Positions 51,113 to 63,764 of a DNA stretch of 64,000 nucleotides are shown here, piece by piece. How positions within the stretch are numbered: position 1 is the stretch's first letter; each line of letters starts with the position of its first letter. Location of the stretch: assembly GCF_035084215.1 (NCBI RefSeq), contig NC_090328.1, positions 92,380,001-92,444,000 of the forward strand, given 5' to 3'. This DNA comes from Heptranchias perlo. Taxonomy: Eukaryota. The translations under genes were made by a program, and so were the position numbers. The notes beneath the pieces were generated by a model that saw only the letters and a list, made by a program, of their open reading frames with translations, did no database searches and was not told where the DNA came from.

Positions 51113-51737
51113 CCTGTGGGGTAAAAAGATGAGCACAGGGCCAAACAAAACACCAAGATTATGAATGTATGCTTCAAATTTCTATATCTGCTAGGAGTCT
51201 TAGAAATAATATGGGAGACCTGGATATCCTTGTAGGAGAGGGGAGCTATGATATAATTAGCATCACAGAGACCCGGTTTAACAATGGCACAGGTTGAGTA
51301 AATGTACAGAGATACTGATTGTTTTATTGAGGTAGAAAGGACAAATTGGGAGGTAGAGTAGCCTTTTATGTAACATAGAATGGCGAGGGCCCTATCTGGT
51401 TCATGTACAGATATAAAGGAAAACCCATGGAAAGGGATGACCTTGTCAATTTTTGGCAGGTCAGGGGAGGGGCCATGAGTAGTGAGCCTTTAAGCAAGTT
51501 ATGGGGTGCACGGGGGCACCCTCGCACCACCCCCCCCCCTCCCACCGTCGAAAAAGACAGAAACACCAGCCAAAGATGGCCAGGAAAGGCTGCCCTCCCC
51601 TGTGTCAGGGGGCCACTTGTAATATTTTAAAGAAATATTCTGCCCCAATCCCAGTCTGGAGCCCAGGCGGACCCCACATCTGCCCCTGTCGGCAAGGCAC
51701 ACTTGATAAGAACAGACATACCTGCACTGACCCTATG

Positions 51738-51957
51738 CCGGGTCCCAGATGTACCAGGTCCCAGCTGCAGGGCAAACCTTCGTTTACGGCCTCGTGGGTG
51801 CAGATCCTCCACCCTCTCCAACGTACAGACTCCCTGCCCCCAGCCCTGCCACCACCTAATGTTGATGGACTCATTGGAGAGGGTGGAGGATCTGCACCCA
51901 CAAGGCCATAAACGAAGCTTTGCCCTGTGGCTGGGACCTGGTACATCTGGGCCCTGG
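51738..51957. repeat. 86-bp inverted repeat with 48-nt spacer
   Basis: 51738-51823 versus the reverse complement of 51872-51957 shows 8 mismatches by eye, 6 of them at CpG sites. Confidence 0.95.
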
Positions 51958-52405
51958 CGGAGTTTGTGGCAATTCCAACAGACTCTACTGAAAAATGGCA
52001 AGGTCCACCAAAAAGACCATGCATTTTTGGCTCCATCATGTTTTGAAATCTTGCCCACAGAATACAGAACGGAAACATACTATTAGGAAAGAAGGACAAC
52101 GGAGAGAAAAGAACAATATGGGTAAGAATTAAAGTAATGTGGAGAATGAGGACAGAAAAGAGATTGTTCCTAAAATATAAACCTTTCAATAGCAGAGTGA
52201 ACTGTGACAAATAGAAAAACAAAATAATAAAAGAGGCGAAGAAAGTGGTCTGGAAATGTAAAATAAAGATTATGTTAGGAAAGCATGCAATATTAAAACT
52301 ATTAAACATTTCTATAAATATATTTGCAGCAAGTAGGTGAAAAACGAAATTGAAAGATCCCAAAGGTGACATGATATTAACTCACTGAGGGTTAACAAAT
52401 ATATT

Positions 52406-53176
52406 GGGCTGGATTTTATTGTGAAAATAATGGTGAGGCTAACAGCGATCATTGTTATTTCAGTGCAATTGAGACAGTAACTCCCGGTGATAGCAAACGC
52501 ACAGTCAAACGCAGAAATCCGGAAGTTGCTGTACCAGGTGCAACCCTCCTCTGTAAACTCTGCAAAAACAACATCTCTCCGGCTGGCTCCCCATTCAAAT
52601 GAATGGAACGGCATGAAGTTCCTGCACTGACCTGATGGATACGAACTAATCTCGCCAAAAAAAAGTATGTCAAGTCATTTCAAGTCTAAGCACTCTTTTA
52701 ACAGTGTGGTAAGTCTTAATGACTGTCAAACAACCTCTCTGGCACTGAAAATTAACTTTTACAAGCGTGGAGTCTCATTCCTTCAGATTTTAATTGTTGT
52801 TGGACATTTAAAAAATATTTATTTTTACTTTTTCTTTCTAGCTCTTCTAGCTCTGTCTCTTAATTTAATATTTCTTACCCTGACTATATTTCACTTTTGG
52901 TGCCTGATTTGATATTGAATTCACTGTTCTAACTTATACTTCCTGGTTCTGACTGTGCTGCTCACTAACGATGCTTCAATCGGATTTGTTAAGGAGATAC
53001 ACAGTTGCTTGTCCCGGTCACACAGGTCCCAGATGCCCTGTAGAGGGCGCTGCCTTGGATTGAGTGCCTGATGAGAGGAACTTGCCGTACAAAAGCCCAT
53101 GAAAAGTCTATGGGCAAATGCAAGTCGAACGAACAGCAGGAGCCATTTGTTCGTCGCTCACAGCAAAATCCGATCC
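52406..53176. mobile_element. Non-autonomous DNA transposon, apparently full-length (Harbinger-type TIRs)
   Basis: GGGCTGGATTTT ... AAAATCCGATCC flanked by ATT and AAT; partial copies occur at 5523-6111 and 59315-59480. Confidence 0.8.
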
Positions 53177-53268
53177 AATGAGCGTCTGTGTTTATGAAGG
53201 AGACCATGGGCAGTCTCCCCAGCAACAAATTACATTCCAGAGGGGTGGGAGGACCACCAAAAGAAATT

Positions 53269-53445
53269 GGCCTGGAAATTCCACAGGGGTTCTGCCGATC
53301 TCTCACCGTGACTTCAGCAGAATCCCCAGAGAAACAATGTGAACAGATGAAAATGTCCTTTTACATTGTTTCTTTGAGATTTCCATCAATCTCCTGCCAG
53401 AGTTATGGTAGGTAATTGGTGGTAGCCCCAAAGAATTTCAGGGCC
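53269..53445. mobile_element. Palindromic MITE
   Basis: GGCCTGGAAATTC...GAATTTCAGGGCC with an ATT/ATT duplication and an inner stem agaaacaatgt/acattgtttct. Confidence 0.85.
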
Positions 53446-53856
53446 ATTGTAATTTAAAGGAGAATTGGATTGATATTGAGAGCTATTAGTTTTTGGGACC
53501 AGACAAATGAACTGCAGTGTCTTCTATTTTCTATTTTCCTCTGCTCCCTAGTGTTACATCTATTAGCAAGGCTAGAGTTAGCACAGTACATACTGAATAA
53601 AAGCTGATCCTTTACATTGATATGTGCTGGTATCATCTTCTATGTCTGTGTGCTGTAAATATGCTAAATTTTATGCCTACTATTCAAGAACAGGAGAAAC
53701 TGTGCTGATGGTGAAGGGGGTTGGAATTTATTCATCCAGTGTCTCAGAAGGATGCAACAAGTCTAATCTATGAATGGTATCGATCTGGCTGAATGGGGCA
53801 CAGCTCCTACTTGACATCTCCAAACTGTATGTACAAAGTAGCGTCACCTTTTACAA

Positions 53857-54621
53857 TAGTGTTGACCATTAGAAATGGCTACGGCGACACCATTTTAGTC
53901 ACATGCACTAATTTTAGTAGAAAACGTGTTACACGTAATACAGGGAGAAGAACTGCATCTGTGTATATTTACTTAGCAAACATCTACCACCATTCAGTGC
54001 AATCCTTTGCAGTCTGTCCCTTTCACCAAAGTTTGGAATTCTGGCATGAATTTATCAGACACTGCACATCTTTGTGCTGCTTTAGCTTTTTGTCCAGCAG
54101 TTGTGAGCAGTACTTTGAGAATGTTGACTTACAACGAGATATGCCAGAACCATCTCTGCTTTCTATCTAGAACGCGGTTGGATGCTGCTTGCTCTTTGCC
54201 ATGATGTGCCATGTTGGAAATGCACGTTATTGGTTGTGCTTTTGCCTGTTGGCCTGCAGTGATTATTCTGATTGGTCAAGATGACCATAATGACAGCTCC
54301 CCTTGCCATACAATGTTGCTGATGTTTTGATGATGTGTTTTCACCCTTGTTACATGCCATTTTAGCAAATAACCAATAAAGAGCTACCACAGACGTTAAA
54401 TATACACAACGATCAAAAAACACTCACACACACTGCTTTTTATCTTACTATTTTAACATCAAACGCACAATAAGGTTAAAATATACTTTGTGAATGAGTA
54501 TTGAGATCACATACCCAAATACGATGTCTATCACTCATTTTTTATTTATTAATCAGAAATGCAATTAGCCAAATCTGGATTCCCAATTAGCCACATGTGG
54601 CTAATGTATTGGACAACACTG
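53857..54621 (-). mobile_element. hAT (Charlie/Buster group) transposon, internally deleted
   Basis: TIRs TAGTGTTGACCATTA / TATTGGACAACACTG with 8-bp flanks ttttacaa / ctttacac and a subterminal tagccacatgtggcta. A minus-strand remnant reads CKSTFSKYCSQLLDKKL(fs)AAQRCAVSDKFMPEFQTLVKGTDCKGLH*. Confidence 0.75.
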
Positions 54622-56172
54622 CTTTACACGATACATAGTCGGAAAGGATACATTAAAACTGAGAGGATCACAGTCGCCATAACCTTGTCATTGCTTTCCT
54701 TTTCATTTTAATTGATCCGCTCAACTTTCTGCATCCTTTCGTGACTATGACTACTAATTGTGCACCTATTGCACTCTATTATGAAAATAATCATAATTGT
54801 GCACTGCCACTTTGCCTTGCAGAGAGCCATTGAGCAGGTATCCATCCTACAATACAGCCATTGTTCCTGCTTTTGAAACTTGGAAACCCGAGAAATACGG
54901 TGAATGTTAGTATCTGAAAATTTGATTCAGATATAATACGGCTCTCTGAGTGCTCATGTTCTTTCCACCTCAGTGTGTTTTGCACCGGGCCTTTTGTGAC
55001 GGCAGTATCGTTTGTGCACATACTCAATGTTAGATTTTCTACACGATTGACTCTGAAAAGCTGGAGCTTAAGTACGAAATGTTTCCCTGAATCTGAATAG
55101 ACTTAAAAGCTCATAGGTGTAAAAAAGGGAGCCTTGTTGCAATAATCGCATGCTGAGAATCAGCACCCACTGAGCGTTAGAATAAAACCATTTCACAAAA
55201 ACAGAGCTTCTAATTTTACTCCACAGGAGGTAGGCTGTGGAAATCTATAGGAACACATAACATTAGGGGGAAAGAAATGGAATTCCTTTCCTACCAAAAA
55301 ATTTTAAATGAAAATTGATGGTTTTACAATTTTTCTTTACATTTTTTTGCACTAATTTCTCGCTGCACAGAACCATTTGAAGCCCAATGCTCTGTTTTAG
55401 AGAAGAAATGTGTAGTGTTGGAAAAATATCAATTGTGTTATTTTGCTAAGTGCTAGAGTGTTTAATTGGTACAAATCTAATTACCAATCTGCACTGCAAG
55501 TCTTTACCATGAAGATGCATTCAGTTTGCAGTAGTATGAACACATGGCATTTGGGGGAAAACTGGAGGAACTGAAGATCTGTGCAAGTCGATCGTTGAGA
55601 ACTCCCTTCCCTGCCCAGCAAAACAGATCATTTCTAATGCTATTGGGGGTGGGCGGGGGTGGTTCAGTTTGTTTTATACCCAAGGAGTATCCTGGTAACT
55701 ATTTCTATGTAGTTAGATACCTAAGAGGTATATGGTGTTCTTTGTTACAAAGTTTTTTTTCCCCAAGAAACAATAATATAATCGGGGCAGCCTGGCAACC
55801 ACAGTGCCCGAGCGCTGAACTCTTGACTGAAAGCTTCAAGTTCAACTCCCGGTCGTAGACTTCATTCGGAGGGTCATTTCGCGAGTCTTGTCCAGATTTT
55901 AGGAGAAAGTGGCCAGGGAAGAAAGTGGGTTTGCTGTTACTTTCCCATTCCTGTTCTATCACAGGTTTACTTTTCCAGTCAATCAATAGCGTAAAAAGTG
56001 AAGGAAGAGAGTAATTTTTACAAGGCATATATTTTATCGATTAAGCTTTCATTTTTGGTCAAATTTAGTCTTTATTTAAAAAATATATGCTTGAAATAAG
56101 AAGATGCTAATCAAACAGATTCTGTACAGGTTTACCTTCTACTTTATGGCAGGATATTAGACACCACTTTTA

Positions 56173-56291
56173 TAGAAAGAAAGACTGACTTGCATTTATA
56201 TCGCACCTTTCATGACCACAGGACACCCAAAGTGTTTTACTGCCAGTGAAGTACTTTTTGAAGTGTAGTGTCACTGTTGTAATGTAGGAAA
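56173..56291 (-). mobile_element. Deu-SINE 3' fragment
   Basis: Reverse complement of the SINE tail: acttgcatttatatcgcacctttcatgacc...gtcactgttgtaatgtaggaaa. Confidence 0.85.
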
Positions 56292-58389
56292 ATTATGTGG
56301 GTTTACTGGAATGTATAATGCACAGGGACCTCTTGATTATTAGTCCATGAGAATAAATGCAGCTCTACCGTTATCTGGACCTTCTTAATAAGAAAATATT
56401 TCTTTGTTTATATATAATAAGATGTGTCTGTGGGCATATAATCTCAACGTTAATTACTTTGAAACAGCTCACTGCCAGTAGCAAAGTGCAGACAAGTCAT
56501 GAAGGACTAAAGTTACAAAAAAATTTAAATGTTCTTTTCTGTAGATTTTCATAACAGCCAATCAAAGTGTTGACTGAGCCCAATTTTCCTGCACAATTTG
56601 GTAAAACACAAATTTGTAGCAGAATTCACAGGATATCAAACATTCATACATAGCAGTAATAATGGTCTTTTCACATTTGGTAATCTAGCTGGGGAATGTA
56701 CAATACTTGTGGGTAGTGGCTCTTGACAATTGGCTGATTTACCCACAAGGCCTTGCAGCAGTAGTGAACCACAGAGAAAATGTTGCTCAGGATACTCGGG
56801 TTCATGTGATCGGAGAGACCACAGCACAGACTGGTTTATGAACCCTGCAACAGTTCCACCAAACTATTTCACCGATAAATTAACATTGATTACAGTAATT
56901 ATTCTTTGATGGTCCTGCTTGTAAATGGACCCCAATACACAGAGCTCAGTTTAATTCAATATATAACAATTGCTTGGAGTATATTATGTACTGGATTATG
57001 GTTTGATTTTAAATAGCCTGCTGCCATGTCTAATTGACAACAGTTGCAGGAATAGCTTGAAATTTACTATGTTGTATATGGCTTATTGCTGAGCTGCTTT
57101 TTATACTGCACGAAAATGTTACAAAAGATCATGAGAAAGAAACATAATGCTTGTTAAATATTAGATTGTAGTCAGTTTGCAAAAACTATTTTTAGCACAG
57201 TCTTAATAAAATATTAAATTATTTTAGTTATATAATAACCCTCTTATAAAACATATCTGAATTATCTATAGCGGTATACAAATTATTTTAAACAATAATT
57301 ACTAGCTACTCCAATAATTGAAACCTTGTCCTTCCTTTGTATAATTGACCCCAGTTCTGAAAGAGAGCTCAGGACTCAGTTTATATTCACCTCTCCTCTG
57401 TCCAGTCAATTCTGCATGAGCGTCTCATGATTGGTCTTTAACAAGACCTCAAAAGCAAATTCCTTTCCTCCTAGTTTTTGTTGCCACATTTTGGCATAGG
57501 ATGCAGAACAGTGGTAAAAATGGAACAAAAGTCCATTATCACTTTCTACTGATGCTGCAGTGTATTTCTACAGGTATTGACATTACTTAACTCATATTTA
57601 CTTTTTCCTTATAGATAACACATAGAGAAATATATAGCCCTGGTTATTTTAGCAGGATTAAGACCAATTTGTATGCACCAAGATAAGTTTGACACAGTGG
57701 CAAATGGTTACTGCCAGTGGACTAGTCCAGGTCTGGGAAACCTACTCAACCATGTTCCTAAGAACAGAACAGAACCCACCATGTGCATCAGCTCAGCAGC
57801 ACTCTATGAAACCTGGCATGGTGAATGTCCAACTGGTTGCTGGCAAGTAAATGACACTTGTGATTACAGCCCACAGGTAGGAGAAGAAATTAGTGACATA
57901 GGTTTTCATAAACTATACAGGGTTGGAGTACTTTACATTGAAAGCACTCGCTCAACAAAGCAGCATTCCTCTTTAGTCAAAGAGCAGCTGCACATCCTTA
58001 CCATGCACAGCAGAAGGTGTATAATTATATTATGTAACTTATATTTAAGTGTGAGTTACATATGGCTTTCACGTAGCTAGGTTCTTGAAATAGAGAGAGG
58101 GAGTTATTTTCCATGCTGCTTGAAATGTCCCTTCACTGATGTTAAGTGCACACAGGAGTTGAAATGCTTAGTGTTCACTGAAATTATCAATCAGGACACT
58201 AAACATATTTATAACATCTCCTTCCAGTGCATACAGAGTATCAGTTAAGATACTATAGAACGATAATTGAAAAAAAAATCTTATTGAACTATAGTAAAAA
58301 TATTTGATATTACTTTTTGTGTTTAGAAATGAAATGCATGACAGCTTTCCCAATGCACTGCCAAGTTTGGTATTAGTCCAGACAAACAG

Positions 58390-58705
58390 GAGGCAATCCC
58401 TGGTCTATGCTACATTAGCCGATCTAGTCAAGGCAGTAGTAGAGATGCCATAACTGGCCTAGATACCCCTTGGCTAGGGTAGGGGAAAATCAGCCTCTCC
58501 TGATCGCTATTCAGTGACCCATGCTGGAAAGTGCACATATGTAGACATTGAGTGAAACAGGGTCAGGATTGGCAGTGATGGCCCCCACAATCAAATAGCC
58601 GTGACTTATACATGAGAAATGGCCACTACCACTTGGTTTCTGGGGATCTGTCAATACCTGTAGAAATATACTGCAGCATCAGTCTGTGTCTACATGCAGA
58701 GGAGG
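58390..58705 (+). mobile_element. Probable SINE of another family (unnamed)
   Basis: caatccctggtct..gct...ttagc.gatct...ctcctgatcgctattcagtgaccc.tgctggaaagtgc resembles a repeat I recall from shark genomes; there is no second copy in the window to confirm it. Confidence 0.4.
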
Positions 58706-59287
58706 GAAGAGGCTGGGTACCCTGCAACGAATGACTCACCTCTTGTACCCTCAAATCCTCTCCACCATTTACAAGGCACAAGTCAGGACTATGATGAAAT
58801 ACTCAACACTCGTCTGGATGGGTGAAGCCACAACATCAGTCAAGAACCTGGCACCATCCACAACAGAACAGTTCACTAGTGCCACTGGAGTCAATATCCA
58901 CCTCCTCCAGCACCGGCGCACTGTGGCTGCAGTATGTACAATCTATAGGATGCACTGCAGTAGCTCACAAAGCTTACATCAACAGCATCACCCTCCCCCA
59001 TGGCCTCTTCTACCGAGAAGGACAAGACCAGCAATGTCATGGGAGCACCATCACCTCCAACATCCCTTCCAAGTCACACATCATCCTGACTTAGACATAT
59101 ATCACCAATCTTTAATCACTGCAGGGTCAATATTCTGGAGTTCCCTACCTAACACCATTGTGGGAACACCATCAACACAAGACCCACAGCAGTTCAAGCA
59201 GAAGACCCAAAGCCATCAACTGGAGAGAGGCAATAAAAGCAGCTTTGCCAATGTTGCCCACATCCAGAGAACAAATATTAAAAAAAG
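58706..59287 (+). mobile_element. Older copy of the LINE family seen at 10313-11410
   Basis: ORF 58686-59336 has LSTIYKAQVRTMMKYSTLVWMG...HRRTVAAVCTIYRMHCS, with an A-rich end. Confidence 0.85.
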
Positions 59288-59314
59288 AGAACTAGAACAA
59301 AAGTGCAAAACATA

Positions 59315-59480
59315 TTTTGTGCAAATGGGACAGTAACTGCCAGTGACCACACATGCACAGTCAAATGCGGAAATCCGGAAGTTGCTGTACCAGATGTGAC
59401 CCTCCTCTGTAAGCTCCGCAAAAATGAGATCTCCGTGGCTGGCTCCCCATTCAAATGAATGGACCAGCATGAAGTTCCTG
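59315..59480. mobile_element. Fragment of the 52406 non-autonomous family
   Basis: Collinear with 52460-52624 (gaaatccggaagttgctgtacc...ggctggctccccattcaaatgaatgga). Confidence 0.85.
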
Positions 59481-59951
59481 AAAAATTGATCAATTAATAA
59501 TACTGATTGAAATTGTTTGGAAAGTTTGTAAGGGACGTATCATATTGATGAATTTTTGAGGTCTTCACCACACTGCAATGCATTCATGCAATTCAAAAAC
59601 CATGGAGGTTTTGCTATAGAAAATAGATTTGTGCTATGATTGAGTTATGTACTGTAAATTTTATTCATTGTACCAGAGTCTCTAATTATCATAACCTACA
59701 AAGCACAGACTCTCTCAGGTGTGAAAGACAGGCAAAATAAGTGAGACATGTAAGATTTATGATGCAATAGTATTCAGATTTGCACTACTATCTTTTGTTG
59801 AGTGATAAAAATCACGGCAAAATCATGTTTTGCTTAGCAATTTTTTTTTCTTTTAATTGAAACGATCAATAACTTAGGAAACTTTTGCCATGTCCAAAAC
59901 CAGACGGGGGATAGAATACTTGTAGGCCAGGAGAGTAGGATCATGGCTGGA

Positions 59952-60108
59952 GTTCTTAGAAATTTCCTTGGGACTTCTCCTGCTTCACCAACATAACTTC
60001 GGTGGAAGTTCAGAGGAAACTCGGTTCATACGCGCAAACAAAGTTTCCGCTGAACTTCTGCCAAAATTACGACAGCGGAGCAGGAGAAGCCCGGAGGAAA
60101 TTCTGACC
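59952..60108. mobile_element. Palindromic MITE
   Basis: Nested inverted pairs cttctcctgct/agcaggagaag and gaagttcagaggaaact/agtttccgctgaacttc. Confidence 0.8.
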
Positions 60109-61847
60109 TGCTTTGCTGATGATGAAAGTTCATTAAAGACCTTAATAACCAATACTGTCTCCTTGTCATAAGAAACAGAAGATTGTGAAAAATGGATTTC
60201 TGTGTTCAAAATCAGAATTTGGGTTTTTAATTTTGAAATTTCCAGATACACCACTCTAAAACCTGACCGCCTCGTCTAAAACCAGCCCAGCAGCAACTCT
60301 ACCCCAAATGAAGAAACATTAATCTGAGTTAGCATTTCTTCTTCTTGTTTCCTGCGAAGCCGTGTGGGAGAAAGCATTAACAGAAATCAATGATGCTGCT
60401 ACAATAGAGAGAGACGGAGGGTAACAATCCATGTTTTTGTAGATATTCTTACCAATTTTCAAGATAACAACCTCTTGTTTTACACATTGCCACCTAGTGT
60501 AAGCTTGTTTTCACATGTAACATAAAGAATGCAAATAGTCTGATATATAAAAAAATGCAGAACCAGTAGTGAGTCTAGTTTTGATGGTTAAACATCTCTG
60601 ATTTATTTTCAATCTGGTTTATTGCTGTATTTAGATGAAAAAAAGTTATTTATCTAGCTATACATATTATTAAAAATCTTGCACTTCTTGTCCACAAACC
60701 TTACTTCCTGTTGTCACAATTTTTTCTTCTGCTTTTGTGTCCACATTTACCATTTTAAATGAAATGACTACGTCAATATTTCCCATTCAATTTTGTTATG
60801 TCAACTGTCACAATGTAGTTGCAAGCTTTAGCCATTAAGTGGCACTGTACAGTAAGTTTCTTAAATCTCTCTCCCAACTCCATTGCCATCCAGTATATTA
60901 AAAATAACTTATTACCATCAGCTGAGGACAATGACGTGGCAATTTACTCGTCTATACATGAAAAACATCACATTCTTGTACACAACTGTGCCCATTATAA
61001 TACAGATGTCACAGAAATTTACATGCAAGAAAAAACATGTGATATTCTATGTAATCTATCTATAAAAGTATAAAGAAAGAAAGCTAGTCTAACCTCTAAT
61101 TGATCTGAGCAAAGTACAGAAAATGCCTTTTCTTTGACTTCAGGAATCACACTTACAAAAAAGTATACAAAAAAGCCAGTTTGACCTCTAATTCACCTGA
61201 GATTCTGCTAAGAGCATTCAGCCTGTAATTGATTTCAAGAATATGGAGTAATTACACCTTTTGCTATAATACGACACACAATCACATTTCAGTTACACAG
61301 GCCTGCAGCAGAATATGCATTGTGTACTGCAAGGCATAATGCTCCTCTCTTTATCAAACAGCACAGCCTAGATATTTGTTGTCGCTGTGCCGGTTTTACA
61401 GTAAAACGAGTGCCTAAGCACACAATATAGCGGGTGGCATGCACGCTCATTCCACACCGCAAGTGCACCGCAAGTGAATTGGGCTCCTCCATAGGCACAG
61501 GGTGCGCGTTGGAAATATTTAAAACACTCATTAAATTATCTAAGTAAGGGTCTTACACTTGTAGGATCCATTTGTGAAATTGGTCTGCTCCAGCACCTGA
61601 ATCGTATTGTGATAAACTCGTTCAGCAACTCGTGCCACTAACAGGCAACAAGGACCCTTCAACAGCGTTATTTAAAGGGCTCATCCACTACATACAGGTT
61701 AGTTGCTGGTTTGCCCTTTTAGACTGCTGGTTAACCTGGCATTTTTAGTCCATTGTTTGATCTGAAACTGATTTCTGACATCTGCTAAGAAGTTCTTGCT
61801 AGTTCTGGACTGCTTTTGGCTGCTTTCAAAACAGTTTTACTGCAGTC

Positions 61848-62870
61848 ATGGGTGGTCCGGTAGGACTGCCTTTGGAGCTGGAGGACGAGGGGTAGAAGCC
61901 AGGAAGACAGGGTAGAGTAGGAGCATTTGGGAAAAGAGGGAGGAGGAGGGCACTAGGCAGGAGGCCAAACCCACAGCGGGACTTCAAGGAGCATTTTTCC
62001 TACCTTAAGGTCACTGATGAGCAATGTTTGCTTCACAAAGGAGGCTATCACCGAACTACGTCACCTGTTGCAGATACAACTCGAGCCTAGAACCAGAGCA
62101 TGGACAACACTGCCTGTGGCTGTCAAGGTCATCGTGGCCCTTAACTTTTATGCAACAGGCTCTTTCCAGGCTGCTGCACGTGACATCATGACATCTCCCA
62201 GTTTGCACTCCATTGCCGTATCAGGGAAGTCACCGAGACTCTCTACACCAGGAGGAACACTTACGTCTCTTTCCCAATGAACAGAGCGAAGCAGGACTAC
62301 AGAACACTAAACTTCGCCCACATCGCAGGCTTCCCCAGGATGAAAGATGCCATAGGCTAAAGCCACATTGCCTAGTATGCTCACCATTACCATCCTGGCA
62401 TCTTTCTGAATAGAAAGTGATGGCACTCCCTCAAAGCCAGCTTGTTTGCAACAGCAGGCAGTGCATCATGAAGGTCTGTGCCCGGTTTCCTGTAAGTTGT
62501 CATGGCTCATTCATGCTGCGCCAGTCGTCTGTGCTGTCTTTGTTCCAACCAGGCCGACAGGCCACAGGCTGGCTACTGGGCAACAAGAGCTCTCCCTTCA
62601 GATATGGCTCATGACTCATGCCAGGAACCTGGACACAGCTGCAGAGGTGGCCTTTAATGAGAACCATGATGCCACCAGAAATGTCATTGAGCAGACAGTC
62701 AACATGCTCAAGCAACACTTCCACTGCCTGGACTGTTCAGGAGGAGCTATGCAGTACAGGCCTGACCATGTATCTAGATTTGTGGTCATCTGCTGCATAA
62801 CTTTGGCACAGTAAGAGATCAGCACTTACCACCACCTGGGTGGCAAGAAGTTCAGGAGGAGGAGGAGCAG
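61848..62870 (+). pseudogene. Harbinger transposase, disrupted
   Basis: LPVAVKVIVALNFYATGSFQ, ARFPVSCHGSF, WLLGNKS and FNENHDATRNVIEQTVNMLKQHFHCLD. Confidence 0.9.
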
Positions 62871-62952
62871 GAATCAGAATTGTGAGTAGTGTGAGTACTG
62901 AGGCCGGAGGTGGTCTTGATATGAGCAAAGAGTAAAAGAGCAGTATTCTTAC

Positions 62953-63181
62953 CTTGACAGCTCTGGTGAGGTTGTTGACTGTCTTTCAGCATTGAAGCCA
63001 TGTCCTGGGAGCTAGGCTCCTTTCATTAACTTCCTCAGTGACCTCTTCCCACTGGCAGCGAAAATGTTGCCTGGAGAGCTTTCTATCCCCTGGGGGAAAC
63101 AGGGGGGTCCATCCCCTGGACCAGGGCCTCCAACACTGCATCAGGAAACCTGGGTGCTCTCGGTGGACTTCTTGCAGGCAT
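62953..63181 (-). pseudogene. Harbinger Myb/SANT gene, exon 1
   Basis: MPARSPPRAPRFPDAVLEALVQ...QWEEVTEEVNERSLAPRTWLQC, with donor AAG|gtaaga at the same position as in copy B. Confidence 0.8.
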
Positions 63182-63764
63182 TTCTCCACTTGCAAAGTTT
63201 CTCTGTTGTCTGCAGCCAGTGTGCACCTCCCCTTTTAAGTGGTGCTGGCTGCCTTTAAGTGGCGTCAGTCAAGTTTGATTTCCCATCCCTCAAACAGGCC
63301 TGCAAACAGTGAATGGTGCGGGTAGCGTGGTTGCACGTCTGAATTATGGTAATGAGCTGCCAGTGTTAATTTGGCTCTCTGCGGCCATGTGAACAGGACT
63401 GTACGGAACGCGATGCCCTGAGTGGATCAAATGCAAAGGGGTTAAGGAAAGAATCCTTGCAGCCTCCCCTTGCTGTCTCCAAGTGCTCCAATGAAGAATG
63501 TCGTTTTTATGGAGGCTGCTCCACTTCTGCACTGAAATTTCCTGGCGCCAACGCTGCTTTGCAACGCCATTCTGCCACAACTAATACCCCTTCATATGCA
63601 AATTAACTCACCCAGGAAAATTCCATGCTGCTCCCTCTGCTAATGAATGGCTTCATTTTCTGGCACTATGATGGTACTGCGGCCATTGATAAAATTCAGG
63701 GCCTATGTATTCATAAAAGTGAAAAACTGAACAGTTAGGGACAGTATGAATCAAAAGTAATACA

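Larger units (their letters stand above)
61365..63360 (+). mobile_element. PIF/Harbinger copy D (family of copy B), centre deleted
   Basis: The left end agcctagatattt...tgcc.gtttt..ag..aaaac is collinear with 30154-30300, and 63250-63360 is collinear with 34190-34305. Confidence 0.88.

Noticed and set aside
51605-52372. 255-aa hydrophobic ORF resembling a membrane protein
   Set aside because: Its Phe/Leu/Ile bias comes from the antisense of A-rich DNA, and the rest reads through the inverted repeat.
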